Shown in pieces: positions 53,638 to 62,568 of a stretch of 64,000 nt of DNA. The notes beneath the pieces are model-generated. The model saw only the letters and a list, made by a program, of their open reading frames with translations. It was not told the DNA's origin and searched no databases. The stretch covers positions 1-64,000 of the forward strand of contig CAVUHW010000031.1 of assembly GCA_963741205.1 (NCBI GenBank). The letters run 5' to 3'. How positions within the stretch are numbered: the first letter of the stretch is position 1; each line of letters opens with the position of its first letter. Position numbers and translations under genes: made by a program. The stretch is from Nitrospirota bacterium (lineage in GTDB: Bacteria; Nitrospirota; UBA9217).

Positions 53638-54645
53638 TCAGCTCAAAAGAAGAGTGACTTCGCCTCTGCCGCCGTCAGAGCGGCCTTCCACGATTCGGAC
53701 TTCCAAAAGTCCGAATTCCTTTTTCAGCCTTTCGATATTTTCACGCCGTTGACCGACTGCCGTAGACACATCCCGCGGATTCACCGCAAAGACGGCGGTC
53801 TTCCTTTTTTCGCTTCCAACCATCAGAGCAGCCCGCATCTTATCCAGAAAAATTGACGACACCACCAGTTGCCTGAAGGCGGGATGATAGGGGCCGGCGA
53901 GAATCGTGCCCGGCCGTTCCAGCTCCTCCGTCGGCTGGAGTCCCATACGGACCACGGAAATTCCGGCCTGCTCGAATTTCGTATATGCATCACGGCACAT
54001 TGAAACAGCCTGATCCAGCGAAAGCGGGACGTACTTTCCCGCGCGGTAAAGCCGCTCCAGCGGCGTGCCCTTGATCACGAGCGCGGGGTAGAGACGGACG
54101 AAATCCGGCTTTAGCCCGATGACTGCATCGACGGTCGCCTGGAAAATAGCCGCGGAATCTCCCGGGAGTCCCGGCATTAGTTGGAGCCCGATGTTGAATC
54201 GATATTTCTTAAGCAGCGCTACGGCGTTAACCGTATCTGCGGCAAGGTGACCGCGGCCGGCAAGGGCGAGCACATAATCATCCATGGACTGGACGCCGAG
54301 CTCTACCGTTTTGACGTGATACTGCGCGAGAAGGTCGAGGACCTTGCCGCTTATGCAGTCCGGCCTCGTCGAGAGGCGGATGTCCCTGATCCGTCCGGAT
54401 TCGATGTACGGCCTGGCCGCTGCGAGATAAGTTTCCTGCTCGTCAGGGGGCAGGGCGGTGAAACTTCCTCCGTAGAAGGCCAGTTGGACGGGGTCATCGG
54501 ATTTGTAAGCGCTGAGATAGCGGTCGATCTTTTCAGGAACCGAGGCTGCGCCGGCGTATGCATCCTGTCCGGTGATGTTTCTTTGATTGCAGTACACGCA
54601 TTGGTGCGGGCAGCCCGCATGAGGGATGAAGAAGGGGATGATCAT
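53638..54645 (-). CDS. Radical SAM protein (Elp3/YhcC-like)
   Basis: IIPFFIPHAGCPHQCVYCNQ, FYGGSFT, STRPD, ELGVQS, GPYHPAF. Confidence 0.9.
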   Translation of the reverse strand: MIIPFFIPHAGCPHQCVYCNQRNITGQDAYAGAASVPEKIDRYLSAYKSDDPVQLAFYGGSFTALPPDEQETYLAAARPYIESGRIRDIRLSTRPDCISGKVLDLLAQYHVKTVELGVQSMDDYVLALAGRGHLAADTVNAVALLKKYRFNIGLQLMPGLPGDSAAIFQATVDAVIGLKPDFVRLYPALVIKGTPLERLYRAGKYVPLSLDQAVSMCRDAYTKFEQAGISVVRMGLQPTEELERPGTILAGPYHPAFRQLVVSSIFLDKMRAALMVGSEKRKTAVFAVNPRDVSTAVGQRRENIERLKKEFGLLEVRIVEGRSDGGRGEVTLLLS

Positions 54646-54650
54646 ATTTC

Positions 54651-54740
54651 AGAAGACAGATGACAGAAGACAGAGTTGCAGACGACAGACGAAAACCTTT
54701 GATGCAGTCTGTCTTCTGTCACTCTGTCATCTGTTATCTG
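54651..54740. repeat. Inverted heptamer array, family B (GACAGAA / TCTGTC)
   Basis: AGAAGAC AGATGAC AGAAGAC...TCTGTCT TCTGTCA CTCTGTC ATCTGTT; overlaps the rnc stop codon. Confidence 0.85.
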
Positions 54741-55416
54741 AGAGTTTTTCCAGCGCCTCTTTCGCGGCCTTTTGCTCCGCGTCCTTCTTGCTCTTGCCGA
54801 TGCCGCGGCCGTAGACCTCGCCCTTGACGAGGAGCTCAACGGTAAACTGCTTCTGGTGGTCAGGACCGGTCTCGGAAGCCACGCGGTACTCCGGGAGCTG
54901 TTTGAGTCGCTCCTGGCAGAGTTCCTGGAGCTCGGTCTTGTAGTCGAGGGTCCCGCGGGTGGCGCAGCTCTTCTTGATGGCCTCCTCGAAAAAACGGATG
55001 ACGAACGACTCAGCGACGTTCTTGCCAGCGTCAAGGTAGACGGACGCAATGAGCGCCTCAAGGCAATTTGCGAGCAGGGAATCCTTGTCCCTTCCGCCGG
55101 TCTGTTCTTCTCCCCTGCCGAGCCGGATGTATGCTCCGAGGCCGATCTCGCGGGCGATCGCGGCGAGGGCGGGCTCGCTCACGACAGATGCCCGAAGCCT
55201 CGAGAGATCTCCCTCCGTCGAGTCGGGGCATGCTTTCATCAGATATTCGCTGATCACAAGGTTGAGGACGGCGTCACCGAGGAATTCGAGCCGCTCGTTG
55301 TGGGCGGGTACACGGTTTTCATTGGCGTAGGACTTGTGCGTGAGCGCGCGCTCGAGCAGCTCCGGGTCCGTGAACCGGTGTGATATCCGCTCCTGGATGT
55401 CCGCAAGAGGAGGCAT
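54727..55416 (-). CDS. rnc: Ribonuclease III
   Basis: ALTHKS, NERLEFLGDAVL, DYKTELQE, GKSKKDAEQKAA. Confidence 0.96.
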   Translation of the reverse strand: MPPLADIQERISHRFTDPELLERALTHKSYANENRVPAHNERLEFLGDAVLNLVISEYLMKACPDSTEGDLSRLRASVVSEPALAAIAREIGLGAYIRLGRGEEQTGGRDKDSLLANCLEALIASVYLDAGKNVAESFVIRFFEEAIKKSCATRGTLDYKTELQELCQERLKQLPEYRVASETGPDHQKQFTVELLVKGEVYGRGIGKSKKDAEQKAAKEALEKLSDNR

Positions 55417-55417
55417 A

Positions 55418-56660
55418 TTATTTTTTAAATCTCTTGAAGATGAGGCACGCATTGGTCCCGCCGAACCCGAAGGAGTTGGACATGACCACATCAACCTGCT
55501 TCTGCCGCGCCGTGTTCGGGATATAATCCAGATCGCACTCAGGGTCGGGGTTCTCAAGGTTGATGGTCGGGGGAAGGATCCCGCGGTCCAGGGCGAGGAC
55601 GGAGATGACCGCCTCCACACCGCCCGCGGCGCCCAGCAGGTGGCCGGTCATGGATTTAGTGGAACTGACGGGTATGTTATAGGCATAGTCGCCGAAGACG
55701 GTCTTGATGGCGATGCTCTCGAGCTCATCGCCGAACTTAGTGGAGGTGCCGTGCGCGTTGATATAGCCCATGTCCGTCGGTGCGATGCCGGCGTCCTTGA
55801 TCGCCATCTTCATGCAGCGCGCGGCTCCGTCGCCGTTCGGCGCGGGCGCGGTTATGTGGTAAGCGTCGCCCGAGGCGCCGTAACCGATCACCTCGGCATA
55901 GATGCGGGCGCCGCGCTTCATGGCGGATTCCAATTCCTCGAGGATGACAATGCCGGAGCCTTCCCCCATGATGAAGCCGTCGCGCTCCGCGTCAAAGGGA
56001 CGGCTGGCCCGCTGCGGTTCGTCGTTCCTCGTGGAAAGAGCCTTCATGGCGTTGAAACCGCCGACGCCGAGCGGGCAGATGCACGATTCGGTGCCGCCGG
56101 CGATCATGGCATCGGCGTCGCCGCGCTGGATCCATTTGAAGGCGTCGCCGATGGAATGGGTCCCGGTCGCGCATGCGGTCACGATGCTGATATTGGGGCC
56201 CTTGGCGCCGTAGCGGATGGAGAGTACCCCCGCCGCTTCGTTGATGATGGTCATGGGAATGAAAAACGGCGTGATCCGGCGGTACCCCTTCTCCCGGTAG
56301 GCATCGTGGACCTTTTCGATAGCAGGGAGCCCGCCCATGCCTGCGCTTACGATGACGCCGATGCGCTCGGCGTTCTCCTGGCGTAATCTTAAGACCTGAG
56401 TCATCCATGGCCATTTGGCTTGCTGCGACAGCCAGATGGATGAAGCGGTCCATCTTTTTTATTTCTTTTAGTTCGATATACTTCTCCGGTTCGAAGCCGT
56501 GGATCTCGCCGGCGATTTGCGTCGGAATGGCCTTGTCATCGAACTGCGTGATGGGGCCTATGCCGGACTTGCCTTGCACCAGTCCTTCCCAGCTCGATTC
56601 CGTATCAAGACCGATCGGGGTGATCATCCCGATGCCGGTGACGACAACTCTTTTTTCCAA
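55418..56660 (-). CDS. fabF: Beta-ketoacyl-ACP synthase II; one frameshift
   Basis: [41 protein letters not shown]. Confidence 0.95.
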
Positions 56661-56697
56661 GAACGGATACCTCCTGCCTAAAAAATCTGAAAAGCCA

Positions 56698-56734
56698 AAA
56701 AGACCTCTCACGCGAACGCGGGAGAGGTCTTCTT
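56698..56734 (-). terminator. Terminator or attenuating hairpin after acpP
   Basis: AAGACCTCTC-loop-GAGAGGTCTT. Confidence 0.7.
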
Positions 56735-56783
56735 GCTTTCAGAATTTCCTATTACCGTAAACCCGTACCGCCCGGTAAATGAT

Positions 56784-57020
56784 TTACTTCGCTTTCGCCT
56801 TGATATAGTCGATGGCGTTTCCAACCGTGGCAATTTTTTCGGCGTCCTCATCGGGGATCTCCACGCCGAACTCTTCCTCCAGTGCCATGACCAGCTCCAC
56901 GGTGTCGAGCGAATCAGCGCCGAGATCGTTGACGAATGAGGCCTCGGGTTTTACATCCCCTTCGGGTACGCCGAGCTGCTCAGAAATGATCTTTTTTACC
57001 TTTGCCTCTACATCAGCCAT
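56784..57020 (-). CDS. acpP: Acyl carrier protein
   Basis: [20 protein letters not shown]. Confidence 0.97.
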   Translation of the reverse strand: MADVEAKVKKIISEQLGVPEGDVKPEASFVNDLGADSLDTVELVMALEEEFGVEIPDEDAEKIATVGNAIDYIKAKAK

Positions 57021-57104
57021 TGTCATCCTCCTCTGATTGTGTTCTTTCCTGATTGATTATAAGTTCTGTACTCAGTACTCTAAACTCTTTACCCGGTACT
57101 CCTG

Positions 57105-57845
57105 CTACATATACATGCCGCCGTTCACATGGATCACCTGGCCGGTGATATACGCCGCCCACGGAGAGGCGAGGAACCGGACGGCGTTTGCCACATCCTC
57201 GGGCGTGCCGAGCTTGCCCATGGGAATCTGCTTGGCGAGCTCCTGCCTGACATTTTCCGGCAAGGCCTGCGTCATAGCCGTGTCGATGAAGCCCGGCGCC
57301 ACGGCGTTCGCCGTAATACCGCGGTTTGCATACTCCCGTGCTATGGTCTTCGTGAGCCCGATGAGGCCGGCCTTGGAAGCGACATAATTTGCCTGACCGG
57401 CGTTGCCCATGGCGCCGACGATGGAGGCGATGTTGATGACCGTGCCGCCCCGCTGCTTGGACATATGCTTCAGCGCCGCCTTCGTGCACAAAAAGGAGCC
57501 CTTCAGGTTTATGCTCAAGACGAGGTCCCAATCCTCATCCTTCATGCGAAGAATGAGCCCGTCCCGGGTGATGCCTGCATTGTTCACGAGGATGTCGATC
57601 CTGCCGAATTTTTCCATGATCTGGTCGATCATGGCGGTTACATCGGCTGAGGCCGCAACGTTGGCCTTGAGCGCCAGTGATTTCCTGCCCTTTGCTTCGA
57701 TATCTCCCGCGGTTTTCTGGGCTGCCTCGAGATTCACATCGCAAATGGCGACATCGGCGCCGTCGGTCGCCAGCGCAAGCGCGATGTCCCTTCCGATGCC
57801 CTGTGCGGCGCCGGTGACGAGGGCTATTTTACCGGTGAGACTCAT
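57105..57845 (-). CDS. fabG: 3-oxoacyl-ACP reductase
   Basis: TGAAQGIG, NNAGITRD, YVASK, VNGGM. Confidence 0.96.
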   Translation of the reverse strand: MSLTGKIALVTGAAQGIGRDIALALATDGADVAICDVNLEAAQKTAGDIEAKGRKSLALKANVAASADVTAMIDQIMEKFGRIDILVNNAGITRDGLILRMKDEDWDLVLSINLKGSFLCTKAALKHMSKQRGGTVINIASIVGAMGNAGQANYVASKAGLIGLTKTIAREYANRGITANAVAPGFIDTAMTQALPENVRQELAKQIPMGKLGTPEDVANAVRFLASPWAAYITGQVIHVNGGMYM

Positions 57846-57859
57846 GAGCAACTCCTCAT

Positions 57860-57941
57860 TGAAGATTGAAAATTGGAAATTTTAAAATGAAGCATGAAAT
57901 CGGGGACAGAATCTAATTTTAAATTTCCGATTTTCAATTCA
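57860..57941. repeat. Inverted heptamer array, family B (AAATTGG / CCAATTT-like)
   Basis: AGATTGA AAATTGG AAATTTT...TAATTTT AAATTTC CGATTTT CAATT. Confidence 0.8.
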
Positions 57942-58871
57942 GCAGCCAACGCTGAAGAGCGTTTCCTTCATGCTCCTCTGGTCTTCCACATTCAGTATCT
58001 TGGCGTCCTTGACAATCCGCTTCACGAGGCCCGAAAGCACCTTGCCTGGGCCGATCTCGATGAAGGTATCGAAGCCTTCGGCCGTCATTGCATTGATGGA
58101 GTCCTCCCAATACAGGGGAGCGCTGATCTGTTTTATGAGCGACGGCCGGAGTTCGGACGCCGACCTAAGAAACTTCGCGTCCGCATTATTCACGACCGGA
58201 ATGCGGAGCTCTTTTATCGCTATCTTCTCAAGCTCGATCGCAAGCCGCTTGCCCGCCTCGTTCATCATGGCGCAGTGCGACGGAACGCTTACCGCCAGCG
58301 GAATAACCTTCTTGGCGCCCGCGATCCTGGCAAGTTCCATGGCCTTTTCTACGGCCGCTTTCTCTCCCGCGATCACAATCTGGCCAGGCGAGTTGTAATT
58401 TGCAGGGGCAACTATACCATTATTAGCCGCTTCATGGCAAGTTTTTTCTACGTCCTGCCGTGTCATGCCGAGGATCGCGGCCATGAGCCCCGTTCCCGCG
58501 GGGACCGCCTCCTGCATGTAGCGCCCGCGCTTTTGCACCAGCATGACGGCGTCCGCGAGCTCGAATCCGCCGGCGGCCGTTATCGCCGTATATTCACCAA
58601 GGCTGTGTCCGGCCACCGCGGCAGCCTCCAAGCCCCTGCGTTCGAGAGGACGCAGGATCGCGATGCATGCGGCGAGGATTGCGGGTTGCGTATTTTCTGT
58701 CAGGTTCAGCTTTTCGATGGGACCGTGAAGGCAGAGGTGCTCAAGATCGTAACCGAGCGAAGAAGCGGCAATGTCGAAGACCTCTTTCGATTCCTTGAAG
58801 TTCTCGATGAATTCCTTAGCCATGCCCGCGTACTGAGAGCCCTGGCCGGGAAAGAGAAAGGCGATTTTCAT
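57939..58871 (-). CDS. fabD: Malonyl-CoA-ACP transacylase
   Basis: FPGQGSQ, GHSLGEY, ANYN, VSVPSH, EIGPGKVL. Confidence 0.96.
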   Translation of the reverse strand: MKIAFLFPGQGSQYAGMAKEFIENFKESKEVFDIAASSLGYDLEHLCLHGPIEKLNLTENTQPAILAACIAILRPLERRGLEAAAVAGHSLGEYTAITAAGGFELADAVMLVQKRGRYMQEAVPAGTGLMAAILGMTRQDVEKTCHEAANNGIVAPANYNSPGQIVIAGEKAAVEKAMELARIAGAKKVIPLAVSVPSHCAMMNEAGKRLAIELEKIAIKELRIPVVNNADAKFLRSASELRPSLIKQISAPLYWEDSINAMTAEGFDTFIEIGPGKVLSGLVKRIVKDAKILNVEDQRSMKETLFSVGC

Positions 58872-58907
58872 AAGTTGTTTACCTGTAAAGATTCAAGCCC
58901 GGCTGTT

Positions 58908-58975
58908 AGATGCTGGATGACGTATGCTGGATGCTTGATAAAGGCGTCGGATATGCGGCATCCGGTATCGACGCC
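58908..58975. repeat. Inverted heptamer array, family B (GATGCTG)
   Basis: GATGCTG GATGACG TATGCTG GATGCTT...GGCATCC GGTATC. Confidence 0.65.
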
Positions 58976-60162
58976 TATCCCCGCATCTCCCGTATTTTCT
59001 TGATCATGATCGGCAGGACTTCATGGACGTCGCCGACGATGCCGTATGTCGCAACGTTGAAGATGGGCGCCTCGGGGTCCTTATTGATGGCCACGATCAC
59101 TTCCGACGACTGCATGCCGGCGACATGCTGGATAGCACCGGAGATGCCGCAGGCGATATAAAGCTTGGGGCAGACGGTCTTGCCGGTCTGTCCCACCTGA
59201 TGGGGATAGGGGACCCATCCCTCATCAACCGCTCCTCTCGTCGCAGCGACCGCGCCGCCGAGGGCTTTTGCGAGTTCCTCGATAAGATAAAAGTTTTTGG
59301 CGCTTCCGAGACCGCGTCCGCCGGCCACGACGATGTCCGCTTCGCAGATGTTTACTGTCTCGCCCAATTCTTCCACTGTCTTCATGACCCTGGTCCGGAG
59401 GTCTCCGGACTGCGTATACCTGATCTCGATGACCTCGCCGGTCCGGGAGCCGTCACGCACGGCAGGCTTCATCACCTTGTGCCGGACCGTGGCCATCTGA
59501 GGCCGGTGGTTCGGCGTCACGATGGTGGCCATGATGTTTCCGCCGAACGCGGGCCGTGTCTGGAGCAGGTGGCCGTTCTCGCCGTCGATGTCGAGCGCCG
59601 TGCAATCAGCCGTAAGGCCGGCATACAGAGCGGCAGCTACCTTGGGGAAGAAGGACCGGCCTATGGCCGTGGCGCCGGCGAGGATGATCTCGGGTTTGTG
59701 CTGGTGGGCGAGCGTCGTCAGGATCGCGGCGTAGGAGTCGTCATTGAAGTCCTTGAGCGCGGGATCATCGGCGACGTACACGATGTCGGCGCCGTGCGCG
59801 ATGAGTTCCTCTGCCTTGTCCCTGATGCCCGAGCCGATGAATACCGCCGACAGCTTGGTTTTTCTTTTATCGGCCAGTTTCCTTCCCTCACCGAGAAGTT
59901 CCAAGGCCACGCTGGCAATGCCGCCCTTGTGCTGTTCGGCAAAGACCCATACGCCCTTGTACGCGGAAAGGTCGGCGAGGGGGCCGGCCTCTTCCTCTCT
60001 CTCAATGGCCTTGAACTCGCAGACCTCGATGCAGGCTCCGCACATGGTGCAGGCTTCGGTGATGAAGGCCTTGCCGTCCTTCATTTCTATAGCGCCGAAG
60101 GGGCACGCGGTCACGCATTTTTCGCAGCACTCACATTTGTCCGATATGACGCGAACGCTCAC
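58975..60162 (-). CDS. etfA: Electron transfer flavoprotein alpha subunit with N-terminal 2[4Fe-4S] ferredoxin domain
   Basis: GTG start after AGGAG; [23 protein letters not shown]; [22 protein letters not shown]. Confidence 0.95.
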   Translation of the reverse strand: MSVRVISDKCECCEKCVTACPFGAIEMKDGKAFITEACTMCGACIEVCEFKAIEREEEAGPLADLSAYKGVWVFAEQHKGGIASVALELLGEGRKLADKRKTKLSAVFIGSGIRDKAEELIAHGADIVYVADDPALKDFNDDSYAAILTTLAHQHKPEIILAGATAIGRSFFPKVAAALYAGLTADCTALDIDGENGHLLQTRPAFGGNIMATIVTPNHRPQMATVRHKVMKPAVRDGSRTGEVIEIRYTQSGDLRTRVMKTVEELGETVNICEADIVVAGGRGLGSAKNFYLIEELAKALGGAVAATRGAVDEGWVPYPHQVGQTGKTVCPKLYIACGISGAIQHVAGMQSSEVIVAINKDPEAPIFNVATYGIVGDVHEVLPIMIKKIREMRG

Positions 60163-60177
60163 AGGAGACTCCTTAAC

Positions 60178-60250
60178 AGAAGTGATGCAGGACTCAGGAT
60201 GCAGGCGGAAACAAGCTTTCATCGTAGTCTGCATCGTTCGGATCATGTCC
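60178..60250. repeat. Inverted heptamer array, family B (GATGCAG)
   Basis: GATGCAG GACTCAG GATGCAG...CTGCATC. Confidence 0.6.
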
Positions 60251-60254
60251 TCGA

Positions 60255-61040
60255 TTATATCAACGACTGCTCTTTTAACTTCCTGACGACCGTTGCAACC
60301 TTTTCTTCCATGCTCCCGGTCAGGATCTCTCTCTGGCCGCGGGGGGCAGGCGGGAATATCTTGACGACCTTTGTCGGGGAACCCTTGAGGCCGCACTTGT
60401 CTTGATCGGCGCCGATGTCGCCGGCGCTCCAGCTTGATACCTTGAGGCCTTTTGCCTTCATCTTGCCCTTGAGCGAGGGAAGTCTCGGCTGGTTGATTTC
60501 TTTGACTACGGTTATGAGGGCGGGAAGGGACGTTTCGACCACGTCGTATCCCTCGTCCATGAGCCGCTCGGCCACCATCTTTTTTTCTTCGATCTGTTCG
60601 ATCTTCCTGATATAGGCGATGAAGGGGATGCCGAGCATATCGGCGGTCTCCGGCCCGACCTGGGCCGTGTCCCCGTCTATGGCCTGTTTGCCGGCTATAA
60701 TGAGGTCATAAGAGCCGATCTTCTTGATGCCCTGCGAGATGGCGTAGGATGTGGCCCAGGTATCGGCGCCGGCAAAAGCCCGGTCGGACAGGAGGACGAC
60801 ATCGTCCACGCCGTATGAGACGGCTTCCTTGAGCGCCTCGGCGGCCTGCGGCGGGCCCATGGTTACGGCGGTCACTTTGCCGCCGTGTTTTTCCCGCAGA
60901 CGGAGCGCTTCTTCGATGGCGTACATGTCAAAGGGGTTAATGATGCTGGGTACCCCCTCGCGGACCAGTGTGTTGGTCTCGCGGTTTATCTTGACCTCCG
61001 AGGTGTCCGGGACCTGTTTTACCAAGACGATGATGTTCAT
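60255..61040 (-). CDS. etfB: Electron transfer flavoprotein beta subunit
   Basis: VKQVPDT, NPFD, MGPP, DRAFAGADTWAT, GKQAIDGDTAQVGP, PRLPS. Confidence 0.95.
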   Translation of the reverse strand: MNIIVLVKQVPDTSEVKINRETNTLVREGVPSIINPFDMYAIEEALRLREKHGGKVTAVTMGPPQAAEALKEAVSYGVDDVVLLSDRAFAGADTWATSYAISQGIKKIGSYDLIIAGKQAIDGDTAQVGPETADMLGIPFIAYIRKIEQIEEKKMVAERLMDEGYDVVETSLPALITVVKEINQPRLPSLKGKMKAKGLKVSSWSAGDIGADQDKCGLKGSPTKVVKIFPPAPRGQREILTGSMEEKVATVVRKLKEQSLI

Positions 61041-61065
61041 GAGAATCTCCGCCGCGATAGCAATT

Positions 61066-61170
61066 TCCTCCCCCTTCAAGGGGGAGATCAGGTGGGGGAT
61101 GGGTTATTCACCCGATGACGCTTCGCTTTTGACCCATTCCCACCCCAGCCTTCCCCTTGAAGGGGAGGGT
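61066..61170. repeat. Family D palindromic element, two inverted halves
   Basis: CTCCCCCTTCAAGGGGGAGATCAGGTGGGGGATGGG...CCCATTCCCACCCCAGCCTTCCCCTTGAAGGGGAGGG. Confidence 0.8.
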
Positions 61171-61212
61171 GTTAGAACTTCGGATTTGCCATTGTCATTT
61201 GGCGCTTGCTTT

Positions 61213-62370
61213 TTATTTCTGTCTCGTCGCTTCCCTGATCATGTCCAGGGCGATGACGTTTCGCTGGATCTGGTTGGTGCCTTCGTAGATCTGGAGAATC
61301 TTGGCGTCGCGCATCATCTTCTCGACGGGGTATTCCTTCATGTAACCCGAGCCTCCCATGACCTGGACCGCGTCCGTGGTCACCTTCATCGCGACGTCGG
61401 TGGCGAACAGCTTGGCCATGGCGGATGCGCGGGAGACGTCCTTGGCCCCGGAGTCGATAAACCGCGCCACGGAGTACACGAGTGAACGCGCAGCTTCGGT
61501 CTGGGTCTGCATGTCGGCAAGCATGTGCTGGACCGCCTGGAAGGACGTCACGGGCTGGCCGAACTGCACCCGCTGCTTCGCGAACTTGATGGCTTCGTCG
61601 ATGGCCCCCTGCGCGACGCCCACCCCCTGGGCGCCTACGCCGGTACGGGAGCTGTCGAGGGTCTTCATGGCAACGATGAACCCCAGGCCTTCCTTGGAGA
61701 TAAGGTTCTCCCTGGGGATGCGGCAGTTGTTGAATATGAGTTCGGTCGTGGAGGAGGCTCGGATGCCCATCTTATTCTCTTTCTTGCCGAAGGTGAAGCC
61801 GGGCATGCCCTTCTCGACGATGAAGGCCGAGGCCCCGCGAGGGCCCTTGGACCTGTCGGTAATGGCGATGATGGTGTAGACTTCCGCCTCGCCGCCGTTC
61901 GTTATCCATTGTTTTGTGCCGTTCAGCACATACTCGTTGCCTTCGAGTTTCGCCGTGGTCTGTACGCCGCTCGCGTCGCTGCCGGCGTTGGCTTCCGTGA
62001 GTCCGAAAGCCGCGAATTTTTTACCCGTCGCGATATCGGGAAGATATTTCTTCTTCTGAGCATCGGAGCCGTTCAGAAGGATGGGATAGGTGCCGAGCGC
62101 GTTTGCGGCATAGCTTGTGGAAACCCCCACGCATGCCTTGGACAGTTCCTCGACAGTGATGCAGAGTTCCAGACTCTTTTTCCCCAGGCCGCCGTATTCT
62201 TCGGGGATGAAGAGGCCGAAGAGGTCTGCCTGGGCTATGGCCTTCATGACTTCCAAGGGGAATCTGTTGTGCTCATCGAGTTCGGCCCGTACCGGAACGA
62301 TCTTTTCCTGCGCGACCTGCCGGGCCAGGTCGCGGATCATGATTTGTTCTTCCGTCAGCAGATAATCCAT
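61213..62370 (-). CDS. Acyl-CoA dehydrogenase (butyryl-CoA dehydrogenase-like)
   Basis: FGLTEANAGSD, NGTKQWITNG, KMGIRAS, RVQFG, MRDAKILQIYEGTNQIQR. Confidence 0.93.
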   Translation of the reverse strand: MDYLLTEEQIMIRDLARQVAQEKIVPVRAELDEHNRFPLEVMKAIAQADLFGLFIPEEYGGLGKKSLELCITVEELSKACVGVSTSYAANALGTYPILLNGSDAQKKKYLPDIATGKKFAAFGLTEANAGSDASGVQTTAKLEGNEYVLNGTKQWITNGGEAEVYTIIAITDRSKGPRGASAFIVEKGMPGFTFGKKENKMGIRASSTTELIFNNCRIPRENLISKEGLGFIVAMKTLDSSRTGVGAQGVGVAQGAIDEAIKFAKQRVQFGQPVTSFQAVQHMLADMQTQTEAARSLVYSVARFIDSGAKDVSRASAMAKLFATDVAMKVTTDAVQVMGGSGYMKEYPVEKMMRDAKILQIYEGTNQIQRNVIALDMIREATRQK

Positions 62371-62385
62371 TAAGTCCTCCGAAAA

Positions 62386-62564
62386 AAAATTGGAAATTGC
62401 CTGCACCCAGCGGTTACGAGCCTGCGGCCAGCATTTATGAGTGCATCGCGCGAATGCAGGCTGTGCGGCAGCGCGAGTGCAGGGCGAAGATTAGAAATTG
62501 GAAATTTCAAAATTTTATTGGGAAGGAGATTGCAATATCCAATCTTCAATTTCCAATTTTCAAT
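62386..62564. repeat. Family B heptamer array containing doubly nested module F
   Basis: AAATTGG repeats interrupted by CCTGCACCCAGCG...GAGTGCAGGG (62400-62484); complementary CCAATTT-like arm. Confidence 0.85.
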
Positions 62565-62568
62565 GCTG

